Source: an uncultured Deinococcales bacterium
GTDB lineage: Bacteria; Deinococcota; Deinococci; Deinococcales; JAAFIG01
Direction of reading: 5' to 3'
Length of the DNA stretch: 10,707 nt
Assembly (NCBI GenBank): GCA_964247135.1
Contig: CAXTTL010000168.1
Location: 1-10,707 of the forward strand
In this document: one piece after another, positions 1 through 7,333 of the stretch
How the letters are laid out: the number at the start of each line of letters is the position of its first letter
How positions within the stretch are numbered: the first letter of the stretch is position 1
The notes under the pieces: generated by a model
What the model was told of the DNA's origin: nothing
What the model saw: the letters and a program-made list of their open reading frames with translations, nothing else
Database searches by the model: none
Translations under genes and position numbers: made by a program

Positions 1-277
1 AGACGACCATGCCCGATAGGTGCGTTTTATGGTCAAGAAGGTTGGGGACAGGGAGACAAATTTTAATGTCGTTTGCCTGCAAGAGCGTAAAAATGTCGTC
101 GAGCAAACCAAAGTCAAATCTGTCTTCACTGGGTTGCAGCAGTGTCCACGAGAAAATATTGACGCTTAAAAAGTCGATGCCAGCCTCTTTAAACAAACGT
201 ACATCTTCGTCCCAGGTTGCCCTGTCCCACTGCTCAGGATTCCAGTCGCCACCGTAAGGAATCTTCCCTAAATTCAT
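1..277 (-). CDS. GH42 beta-galactosidase, N-terminal part (runs off the window; possibly interrupted near nt 52)
   Basis: Hand translation from ATG at 277: [75 protein letters not shown]. This matches the GH42 N-terminal signature YGGD(Y/W)NPEQW...ED...AG...IFSW..L(E/Q)P....(Y/F)DF..LD. The ATG overlaps the GH95 stop (ATGA, 274-277). Not in the ORF track because there is no stop in the window. Confidence 0.9.
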   Translation of the reverse strand, partial: MNLGKIPYGGDWNPEQWDRATWDEDVRLFKEAGIDFLSVNIFSWTLLQPSEDRFDFGLLDDIFTLLQANDIKICLPVPNLLDHKTHLSGMVV

Positions 278-2478
278 GCTGAACTCCTTAAGACTCGAGT
301 TTCACCAGCCTCGAGTTGCCAAGTTTGGTACAAACTTTGATAGCGAATCTCGAGGGTACAGGCTTTGGTTGACCTGATGCCAGCGGATGTCAGTTGATGA
401 TTTTGCCATGTGATGTCCACCGTCAGTCCACCTCGAGCACGAAGTCCAGAAACCCTGCCTGAATGCCATGCGCTTGGTAGGGCGGGCAGTAGGTGAATTT
501 CGGCATTGTGGCTTTGCAGCAGCATTTCTGCGATGCCTGCCGTGCCACCAAAATTCCCGTCAATCTGAAACGGCGGGTGGTTGTCGAACAAATTGGGCAG
601 CGTGGATTTTTGTAAGAGTTGTTGCAGCAACGCGTAAGCGCTGTCCGCATTCTCGAGTCTGGCAAAAAGATTGATGATCCAAGCCGCGCTCCAGCCCGTG
701 TGACCGCCGCCATGCTCGAGCCTGAGTTCTAAACTTTTTTGACAGGCAGTTTTGAGTTCTGAATTGTTGCCGAATAAATTTGCAGGGTACAAACCGTACA
801 AGTGCGAGACGTGCCGATGCCCTGGTTCAACCTCGAGAAATTCTTGTTCCCACTCGAGCAGTTGCCCTTTTGATCCAATCTTGAACGGCTCGAGTTTGGG
901 CAGCACGGCTTCAATTTTTTCTTGCAATTCAATCTCGAGCTTGAGGTGTTTGGTGGCTTTTAAGGTGCTTTCCAAAACATCTCGAGCAATCGACAAATCG
1001 ATGGTTGAGGATTGACTGATCGCACATTTGTTTTGTGCCTCATCAAAAAACTGATTTTCTGGACTGCTCGAGGGACTGAAACCAAGATTTCCATTTGGGG
1101 TTTCAATCAACCAATCGAGGATAAATTCGCTTGCGCCTTTCAGAATTGGCAGGGCGCGATGCTCGAGAAAGATTTCATCGCCACTAAACAACCAATGCTC
1201 AACCAATTGACGCGCCAACCACGCGCCAGCCAGCGGGAAAAATGCCCAACTGGCACTGCCATCGGTGGGTGTGGTTTTGCGCCACAGATCGGTGTTGTGA
1301 TGCGCCGTCCAACCCTGGCAACCGTAATGGATTTTCGCGGTGGCTTGTCCCGCCACACTTAAATCCTCAAGTAGCGCAAACAACGGTTCGCTGCATTCGG
1401 GCAGGGCGCAAGTTTCAGACAACCAGTAATTCATTTGGGTGTTGATGTTGATGGTGTAATCGCTGTTCCAGGGGGGTTGCAGGTACGGATTCCAGATGCC
1501 TTGAAGGTTTGCGGCTTGCCCACCTTTTCTTGAGCAGGCAATCAGCAAATAACGTCCAAATTGAAAGTACAACGCCTCGAGTGCCGTGTCTGTCGTGCCG
1601 TTTTGGTATTGCTCGAGTCGTGTGTCGGTGGGCAAATGCGAGCATTCGTCGGTGCCGAGTTCAAGCCAAACTCGAGAGAATAAATTTTGGTAATCGTTCA
1701 AGTGTCGCTCGAGCAACATCTGCCAACCGAGTTTGATGGCTTGTTCAAGTCTTGCCTGACAACGTTTTGCAGGTTCAGGGTTTTGTGGGTTTGGCATGGT
1801 TTGCCAGTTTTGGTAATTGCTGGCAGCCGTGAAAAAAACCGTGAACTCAGTTGCGCCGATAACCGTCAAACCATTTTCAGTCGAACTGAGTATGCCGTCG
1901 GTTTGCACGTGCAACAAACCATAAAAGCACAAACCATTGCCAATCTGACCCGCCAAAATCAACCTCGAGCTTTCAGCTTGCACCGAATGTTTGTGGAGTG
2001 ACTCGAGGCGGATGGTCATGGAGCTGCACGGTTGCGTAAAACGCCAACGGTAAACCAAAACCTGATCTGGGTAACTGATAAACGTTTCGCGTTTTTGAGT
2101 GCCAGACTCCACAGAAATCACCGCCGTCTCGAGGTTTAATTCACGGCGGTATGTTGCCGCCTCGAGATTTTCCTGACCCGAGATCAGCAACGTCCCGAGC
2201 GGTTGATACGCTTGTGATGAAAACCCCAACATGTTTGCCTCGAGCAACTGCTGCGCCGCAAACCACTGTCCCTCGCGCAGCAACGCCCGCACAGGCTCGA
2301 GAAAGTTTTTGGCGCTTGGGTTCAAATCTTGACTTGGCGCTCCAGTCCAAAGCGTACTTTCGTTCAGTTCAATCCGTTCGGCAAAAGCATCGCCGTAAAC
2401 CATGCCGCCCAACAAACCGTTGCCGATTGGCAAGGCTTGATTCCAACGCGTGGCGGGTTGCGAATACCAGAGTTTCAT
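274..2478 (-). CDS. Glycoside hydrolase family 95 (alpha-1,2-L-fucosidase / alpha-L-galactosidase family), 734 aa, no signal peptide
   Basis: GH95 motifs: [124 protein letters not shown] Shine-Dalgarno-like sequence just upstream. Confidence 0.95.
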   Translation of the reverse strand: MKLWYSQPATRWNQALPIGNGLLGGMVYGDAFAERIELNESTLWTGAPSQDLNPSAKNFLEPVRALLREGQWFAAQQLLEANMLGFSSQAYQPLGTLLISGQENLEAATYRRELNLETAVISVESGTQKRETFISYPDQVLVYRWRFTQPCSSMTIRLESLHKHSVQAESSRLILAGQIGNGLCFYGLLHVQTDGILSSTENGLTVIGATEFTVFFTAASNYQNWQTMPNPQNPEPAKRCQARLEQAIKLGWQMLLERHLNDYQNLFSRVWLELGTDECSHLPTDTRLEQYQNGTTDTALEALYFQFGRYLLIACSRKGGQAANLQGIWNPYLQPPWNSDYTININTQMNYWLSETCALPECSEPLFALLEDLSVAGQATAKIHYGCQGWTAHHNTDLWRKTTPTDGSASWAFFPLAGAWLARQLVEHWLFSGDEIFLEHRALPILKGASEFILDWLIETPNGNLGFSPSSSPENQFFDEAQNKCAISQSSTIDLSIARDVLESTLKATKHLKLEIELQEKIEAVLPKLEPFKIGSKGQLLEWEQEFLEVEPGHRHVSHLYGLYPANLFGNNSELKTACQKSLELRLEHGGGHTGWSAAWIINLFARLENADSAYALLQQLLQKSTLPNLFDNHPPFQIDGNFGGTAGIAEMLLQSHNAEIHLLPALPSAWHSGRVSGLRARGGLTVDITWQNHQLTSAGIRSTKACTLEIRYQSLYQTWQLEAGETRVLRSSA

Positions 2479-2492
2479 GTGACCTCAGCTAG

Positions 2493-2528
2493 AAAACCTG
2501 CCATCTCGAGGAACAGATGACAGGTTTT
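2493..2528 (-). terminator. 14-bp stem-loop between the solute-binding protein and GH95 genes (partial terminator or mRNA stabiliser)
   Basis: On the mRNA strand: AAAACCUG-U-CAUCU / loop GUUCCUCG / AGAUG-G-CAGGUUUU, with one G.U pair. It begins 15 nt after the SBP stop and ends in UUUUCU. Confidence 0.7.
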
Positions 2529-2543
2529 GAATGGCGTTAGATT

Positions 2544-4208
2544 TTATTTCAAAATGTTCCAAAGCTTCAAACGATCCTGCACCAATTGCGTCTCGAGCTT
2601 CGAGTATTTGCCAATTTTGGTCTCGAGTTCGTCCACCAGCTTGTCGTAAATTTTGTCAAAATCGGCGGGTTTTGCCAAGATGGCTTGCGGGATGTACTTG
2701 CGCGTAATGTCTTGCTCGTCGTTCCAGAAAGCGTTCAGAGGGCTGTCCTGAGCGACCGGGATTGACCAGGCGGCAGCCCAAGGTTTTGGTTTGAACGATG
2801 ATGGTTTGGGCAGCAAATCGTTCCAGAATTTAACGTTGTAGGCAGCCAGCGCCGATTTTTCCTCATCCGAGTAATTGGCGGCAATTTGTTCTGGGTAATT
2901 GGTGGTGTAGTAATTGCCTGTTTTGTCTTTCACCCCGTCGCCGTAACGAATCGACCAGTTGTAACTGCCAATGCCGGTGGCTCGAGCAAAAACATTGTTG
3001 TTGTTGCTCTTTTCTTTTTGCACCGCTTCTGGAATCACGCGTTTACCGTTCACGATGTTGTACTGCTTGCCCTCAATGCCCCAGTTGTTGAGCACCTGTC
3101 CTTCTGGGCTGGCGAGGTAATCGAGGAATTTGATGGCGCGTACAGGGTCTTTGCAGGAGGTGGTGATGCCGATGCCCCAACCGCCCCTGAAGCCTGTGGG
3201 TTGGTTGTAGGCGGCTTTCATGTTTGGTTTGAGGGTCGCTCCAAATCGTCCGTAGGTTTGCTCAAATTTGCCGGCGGCTTTCAAGGAATTGACCGCCGTG
3301 CCGATTTCCCAATTGGCGTCGATCAAACCGACCACGCGTCCAGAGGCGATTTTTGCCAGGTACTGGTCGTATTTTTGGGTGAAGCTTTCTTTGTCGAGCA
3401 GCCCAATGTCGTTCATGTGGTTCAGCCACCTGAAGTACTCGCGTTCCTCCGGGCGCAAGAGGTGAACTTTGGCTTCAAAAGTGACGGGGTCGATGTAATA
3501 TTCGCCGTCGTCCGATGCGCCCGTCGCCCAGAAGCCAGGGTTGGTCACCGAAATCACAAAACGCCAATCGTCGGCGAGCAGGCTGAGTCCGACGGTTGGT
3601 TTGCCGTCGCTGGTGGTTGGGTGCTTTTTGACGTAGGTGGTGATGACTTTCTCGTAATCCTGCAAGCTTTTAATTTTGGGGTATTTTTGCTCTTTCAAGG
3701 CGCCGAGTTGCAGTTTGTACCAGGCGTCGGTGTCAAAATCGATTTGTCCAATCGAATCGAGGTTTGGAATAAAGTAAATTTTCGGGTCTTTGAGGGTAAA
3801 ACGCATCCGATCAAATTGTTTGCCAATCACTTTTTTGATGTTTGGCGCGTATTTGTTAATGAGGTCTGTCAGGTCAAGCATTGCGCCCGCATCGACCAAA
3901 ACGCCCTGTTGTCCTTTTGGCACAATAAAATCTGGGTATTGTCCAGAGGCGGCAATCAAATTGATTTTCGAGATCGGGTCGCCGACCGCAAATTCTGGTT
4001 TTAAGGTGACACCCGTTTTTTGGGTTAAAAACTTACCAACGTCGTCCTGCATGTTGTTCCAGTTGGCATTCGGGTCTGAGGCGAAAGCGGTAAAGGTGAT
4101 TGGCGTATTCGCGCCGCTCTGCGCCAATGCCATGATCGAGGTGATGCCAACTGTGGCAATGCAACCAACGGCGATCAGACGAGTCCAACGGTTCTTAGGG
4201 GTTTTCAT
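2544..4208 (-). CDS. Carbohydrate ABC transporter solute-binding protein (large, LplA-like oligosaccharide-binding type), 554 aa
   Basis: Strong SD (AAGGAGG). N-terminal basic and hydrophobic signal peptide ending ALA-Q. Motifs KTGVTL, LIAASGQYPD, LDLTDLI.KYAPNI, GLLDKESFT, DPVRAIKFLDYLAS.EGQ.L..WGIEG..Y. Lies downstream of two permeases. Confidence 0.92.
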   Translation of the reverse strand: MKTPKNRWTRLIAVGCIATVGITSIMALAQSGANTPITFTAFASDPNANWNNMQDDVGKFLTQKTGVTLKPEFAVGDPISKINLIAASGQYPDFIVPKGQQGVLVDAGAMLDLTDLINKYAPNIKKVIGKQFDRMRFTLKDPKIYFIPNLDSIGQIDFDTDAWYKLQLGALKEQKYPKIKSLQDYEKVITTYVKKHPTTSDGKPTVGLSLLADDWRFVISVTNPGFWATGASDDGEYYIDPVTFEAKVHLLRPEEREYFRWLNHMNDIGLLDKESFTQKYDQYLAKIASGRVVGLIDANWEIGTAVNSLKAAGKFEQTYGRFGATLKPNMKAAYNQPTGFRGGWGIGITTSCKDPVRAIKFLDYLASPEGQVLNNWGIEGKQYNIVNGKRVIPEAVQKEKSNNNNVFARATGIGSYNWSIRYGDGVKDKTGNYYTTNYPEQIAANYSDEEKSALAAYNVKFWNDLLPKPSSFKPKPWAAAWSIPVAQDSPLNAFWNDEQDITRKYIPQAILAKPADFDKIYDKLVDELETKIGKYSKLETQLVQDRLKLWNILK

Positions 4209-4256
4209 ACTGCCTCCTTGTAGACAACCGAACGAATAACAAAAAAACCGAATTGA

Positions 4257-5156
4257 CTAACCTTTTACCGAACCCAGCGTCATGCCTTTGACAAAGTAAC
4301 GTTGCAAGAATGGGTAAACGACCAGTATTGGCGTGATGGTCACGATGGTGATTGCCATTTTGATCGAATCGGGGCTGACTTGCTGCATTTGCTTGGCAAT
4401 ATCATTGCCGTAAGCGGCGTCGCGCCCGATTTGGGTGGATTGTAAAATTTTCATCAGTTCAAATTGCAGTGTGCTTAAGCTTTGGTTGCTGCCGTTGAAT
4501 AAGTACGTGTCGAACCAAGAATTCCATTGCCCAACCGCCACAAACAAAGCAACGGTTGCCAGAACGGGGGCACAGAGCGGCAAAATCACCCGCCAGTAAA
4601 TGGTAAAATCGTTGGCGCCGTCCATCTTTGCCGATTCTTGCAACTCGTAGGGCAAGCCATCGATATAAGAACGGATCATAAAAATATTAAAGGCATTGAC
4701 CATGCCTGGGATAATGTAAACCAAAAATGAATTCATAAAATGTAAATCTCGCATCAGTAAAAAACCAGGGATCAAACCTCCAGAAATAAACAGTGTGATT
4801 GCCAAAAAACGTGATAAAAAAGCCCGCCCTTGAAAATCTCTGCGACTGAGCACAAATGCCACCATTGAACAGGCGGCAACGCTTAAAAACGTTCCAGAGA
4901 CCGTGCGCAAAACTGAGATCAAAAAAGCTTGCGGGATATTGCTAAACCTAAAAATAGTTTGGAAGTTCTCGAGCGTCCAAGCTCGAGGGAAAATGGTAAT
5001 ACCACCGCGAACGGTATCGTTTGAATTGTTAAACGCGATGGCGAGGACATTTAAAAATGGGTAAATAGTCACAATTAAAACGATTGTGAGCAGAAAAACA
5101 TTAAAGGCATAAAAAAAATCGAATTGTTTTTTGGTTTTCACAGGACTGGTTTTCAT
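4257..5156 (-). CDS. Carbohydrate ABC transporter permease (MalG/LplC-like), about 299 aa
   Basis: Multiple hydrophobic segments, EAA loop LPYELQESAKMDGA, then P.LATVALF.AVGQWNSWFD and C-terminal YPFLQRYFVKGMTLGSVKG. Start moved to ATG 5156 (MKTSPVK), which overlaps the upstream stop (ATGA). Confidence 0.92.
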   Translation of the reverse strand: MKTSPVKTKKQFDFFYAFNVFLLTIVLIVTIYPFLNVLAIAFNNSNDTVRGGITIFPRAWTLENFQTIFRFSNIPQAFLISVLRTVSGTFLSVAACSMVAFVLSRRDFQGRAFLSRFLAITLFISGGLIPGFLLMRDLHFMNSFLVYIIPGMVNAFNIFMIRSYIDGLPYELQESAKMDGANDFTIYWRVILPLCAPVLATVALFVAVGQWNSWFDTYLFNGSNQSLSTLQFELMKILQSTQIGRDAAYGNDIAKQMQQVSPDSIKMAITIVTITPILVVYPFLQRYFVKGMTLGSVKG

Positions 5157-6124
5157 AGGACACTCTCGCCTGTTCGCCATTTGAAAATGGCATTTGTGCC
5201 AAAGAGCAAGATAATACCGACCACCGAATTGATGACGCTGACGGCTGTACCAAACGAGAAGTTGTTTGCCCCTAAACCATAGTTTAAAGCGTACAAGTCA
5301 AGCACCTGCGAGGCATCTTTGACCATTGGATTGCCCAAGAGCAGTTGTTTTTCAAAACCAATCGCAATCAGATGCCCGATGGCTAAGACCAATAAGATCA
5401 TGATGACCCGACTGATGCCAGGCAGCGTAATGTGCCACATCAATTGCCAACGCCCCGCCCCGTCCACTCGAGCGGCATCGTATTGTTCGGTGTCGATGGC
5501 GGTCATGGCGGCAAGGTAGATGATGGTATTCCAACCGAGTTCTTTCCAGAGGTCTGAAACGGTGACGATGCCCCAGAAGTACTCGTTTTTTGCCATAAAT
5601 TGCACGGGTTTTTGCCCAAAAAGTTGCAGCAATTGATTGATCGCACCGTCGTCGGTGGAAAGCATTTTGTAAACGATGCCTGCGACCACCACCCAAGAGA
5701 CAAAATGTGGCAAGTATGAAACGGTTTGGACAAAACGCTTGAAAATACCGTTGCTGAGTTCGTTCAAGAGCAGCGCAAACGCAATCGGAACGGTAAAACC
5801 GACCACCAAACCCAGGCAACTCATGCCCAGCGTGTTCCAAAGCGCATTGTAAAAACGATCATCTTGAAACAACAGCACAAACTGCTGAAAACCCACCCAT
5901 TCCTGTGCCCAGAACGGCTTGCCGATGCGGTACTTTTGGAATGCCATGATCCAGCCCCAAATCGGCACGTAATTAAAAACCAGCACCATCAGGGCAAAAG
6001 GCACGGACATCAGGTAGAGGTAACGCTGATCGAGGAATGTTTTCCAGAAGCGAACGCGGGTGCTCTGTCGCGGCAGGCTGGTCTCGAGTGAGGATTTGGT
6101 TTGGTTGCTGGTTGCGCTATTCAT
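5153..6124 (-). CDS. Carbohydrate ABC transporter permease (MalF/LplB-like), about 323 aa
   Basis: Motifs FKRFVQTVSYLPHFVSWVVV, WKELGWNTIIYLAA and EAA loop YDAARVDGAGRWQLMWHITLP. Start moved to ATG 6124 (MNSATS), preceded by an AGGTG SD. The ORF-track start at 6199 is a TTG/ATG call that abuts the promoter region. Confidence 0.92.
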   Translation of the reverse strand: MNSATSNQTKSSLETSLPRQSTRVRFWKTFLDQRYLYLMSVPFALMVLVFNYVPIWGWIMAFQKYRIGKPFWAQEWVGFQQFVLLFQDDRFYNALWNTLGMSCLGLVVGFTVPIAFALLLNELSNGIFKRFVQTVSYLPHFVSWVVVAGIVYKMLSTDDGAINQLLQLFGQKPVQFMAKNEYFWGIVTVSDLWKELGWNTIIYLAAMTAIDTEQYDAARVDGAGRWQLMWHITLPGISRVIMILLVLAIGHLIAIGFEKQLLLGNPMVKDASQVLDLYALNYGLGANNFSFGTAVSVINSVVGIILLFGTNAIFKWRTGESVL

Positions 6125-6193
6125 CGATTCACCTGAAAACATGAGTGCTGCGAAAGTAAAGCCTCGAGTGCTGGGTGGTCGGCGTGAGCCAGT

Positions 6194-6223
6194 TTGCATT
6201 TGAATGTAGGTTTATCCTACAAT
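6194..6223 (+). promoter_or_regulatory. Candidate sigma70-type promoter for the lacI-family gene
   Basis: TTGCAT (6194-6199), an 18-nt spacer, then TACAAT (6218-6223). The -10 box overlaps the operator palindrome. Confidence 0.5.
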
Positions 6224-6243
6224 CGAATCGATTCGATTGTCAA
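6214..6243 (-). promoter_or_regulatory. Sigma70-type promoter for the ABC/GH95/GH42 operon
   Basis: Minus strand reads TTGACA (6243-6238, perfect -35), an 18-nt spacer, then TAGGAT (6219-6214). Confidence 0.7.
6219..6240. promoter_or_regulatory. Putative LacI-family operator, perfect 22-bp palindrome ACAATCGAATCGATTCGATTGT
   Basis: Exact inverted repeat with central CG and A-rich flanks, typical of LacI/GalR sites. Located between the divergent ABC operon and the lacI-family gene. Confidence 0.85.
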
Positions 6244-6301
6244 CCGTTTTCTTTTCGCAACACCAAGCCCTCGGGCTGAGGTAAACTCCTGGAAAGGCAT
6301 T

Positions 6302-7297
6302 ATGGCAACCATCAAAGACGTCGCGGCACGTGCAGGAGTTTCACAAAGTACAGTTCATTACGCCCTCAACGGCAAGCGATCCATTTCTGATTCGGTCAGG
6401 CAACGGGTCATTGCCGTGGTCGCCGAACTCGATTACAGCGCCAGCGCCCTCGGGCAACGCCTGCGCCAGAGCCGCAGTTACAGCATCGGCATGATTGCAC
6501 CGCAACTGCCGACCTGGGACGCCTCGAGCATGGAAATGCTGATGTCCACCAGCGCCACCGCCAGCGCCGCCCATCACAACATGGCTATTTTTGTCGGACA
6601 AAGCGCCGAGCAAACCGTGCAATTGCTGCGCAACCAAACCGTGGACGGCTTGATCCTGATCGAAACCACCCACAACGACCCGCGCATCGAGGCTCTACGT
6701 GAGGGCAAATACCCGTTTGTGCTGCTCGGACGAACCGAAAACTTGACTGGACTGACCTCAGTCGATTTTGATTTTGAACAAGCCGTGTTTGTGGCGCTCG
6801 AGAATTTGGTCAAGCTTGGGCACAGGCGCATCGGTTTGATCGCCCCAGAGCCATCGACGCTCGAGAACAGGTACTATGTGCAACGCGGCATCGAACGCGC
6901 TCAAGCCACATATGATTTTGTTGCCACCAGCGTTTTTGAAGGACAGCGTCTTAATGTCGAAGATGGTTACCGAGTCACCGAAAAACTCTTGACGCTCGAG
7001 CCGAACGTGACCGCCATTTTTGCCGCAGGTCACAGCCACGTTGGCGTGCTGCGTTCCTTGTACAGCCACAACATTCGGGTGCCCGACGATTGCTCGGTCA
7101 TCGGCATCACCACCGCGCAAGTGGCGGAGTGGAGCATCCCCAAATTGACCTCGGTGGACATTCCACTGTTTGACATGAGCCAAACCGCGACCAAATTGCT
7201 CTTGAAAAAACTGGCAGGCGAAGAAATTTGCGAACAAATTCTGGCACCCGCCAAACTGGTGGCTCGAGAGAGCACCGCAGCGCCCAAAAAACCGTAG
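6302..7297 (+). CDS. LacI/GalR family transcriptional regulator, about 331 aa
   Basis: N-terminal HTH MATIKDVAARAGVSQSTVHYALNG. Sugar-binding domain motifs VDGLIL, L.KLGHRRIGLI, IRVPDDCSVIG, PKLTSVD and LVARESTA. GGAAAGG SD precedes ATG 6302. Confidence 0.95.
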   Translation: MATIKDVAARAGVSQSTVHYALNGKRSISDSVRQRVIAVVAELDYSASALGQRLRQSRSYSIGMIAPQLPTWDASSMEMLMSTSATASAAHHNMAIFVGQSAEQTVQLLRNQTVDGLILIETTHNDPRIEALREGKYPFVLLGRTENLTGLTSVDFDFEQAVFVALENLVKLGHRRIGLIAPEPSTLENRYYVQRGIERAQATYDFVATSVFEGQRLNVEDGYRVTEKLLTLEPNVTAIFAAGHSHVGVLRSLYSHNIRVPDDCSVIGITTAQVAEWSIPKLTSVDIPLFDMSQTATKLLLKKLAGEEICEQILAPAKLVARESTAAPKKP

Positions 7298-7321
7298 GGC
7301 GCATGGCTATGCGCCCCTACG
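7293..7321. repeat. GTAG-type REP-like palindrome between convergent lacI and GH31 genes
   Basis: CGTAGGGCGCAT-GGCT-ATGCGCCCCTACG: 12-bp stem with a 1-nt bulge, bounded by GTAG...CTAC. The minus strand reads GTAGGGGCGCATAGCCATGCGCCCTAC. Only one copy is in the window, so repeat status is inferred from resemblance. Confidence 0.65.
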
Positions 7322-7333
7322 TCACAAGAATTT

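Noticed and set aside
2886-4004. 372-aa ORF on the + strand antisense to the SBP
   Set aside because: It is in exact codon register with the SBP (offset 342 nt, divisible by 3), so it only reflects avoidance of TTA/CTA/TCA codons in the real gene. It has no recognisable motifs or SD.
6125-6301. Longer N-termini given by the ORF track for the permease (6199) and LacI (6194)
   Set aside because: The extensions run into the promoter/operator region. Downstream ATGs (6124, 6302) have SDs, and the LacI one matches the family N-terminus.
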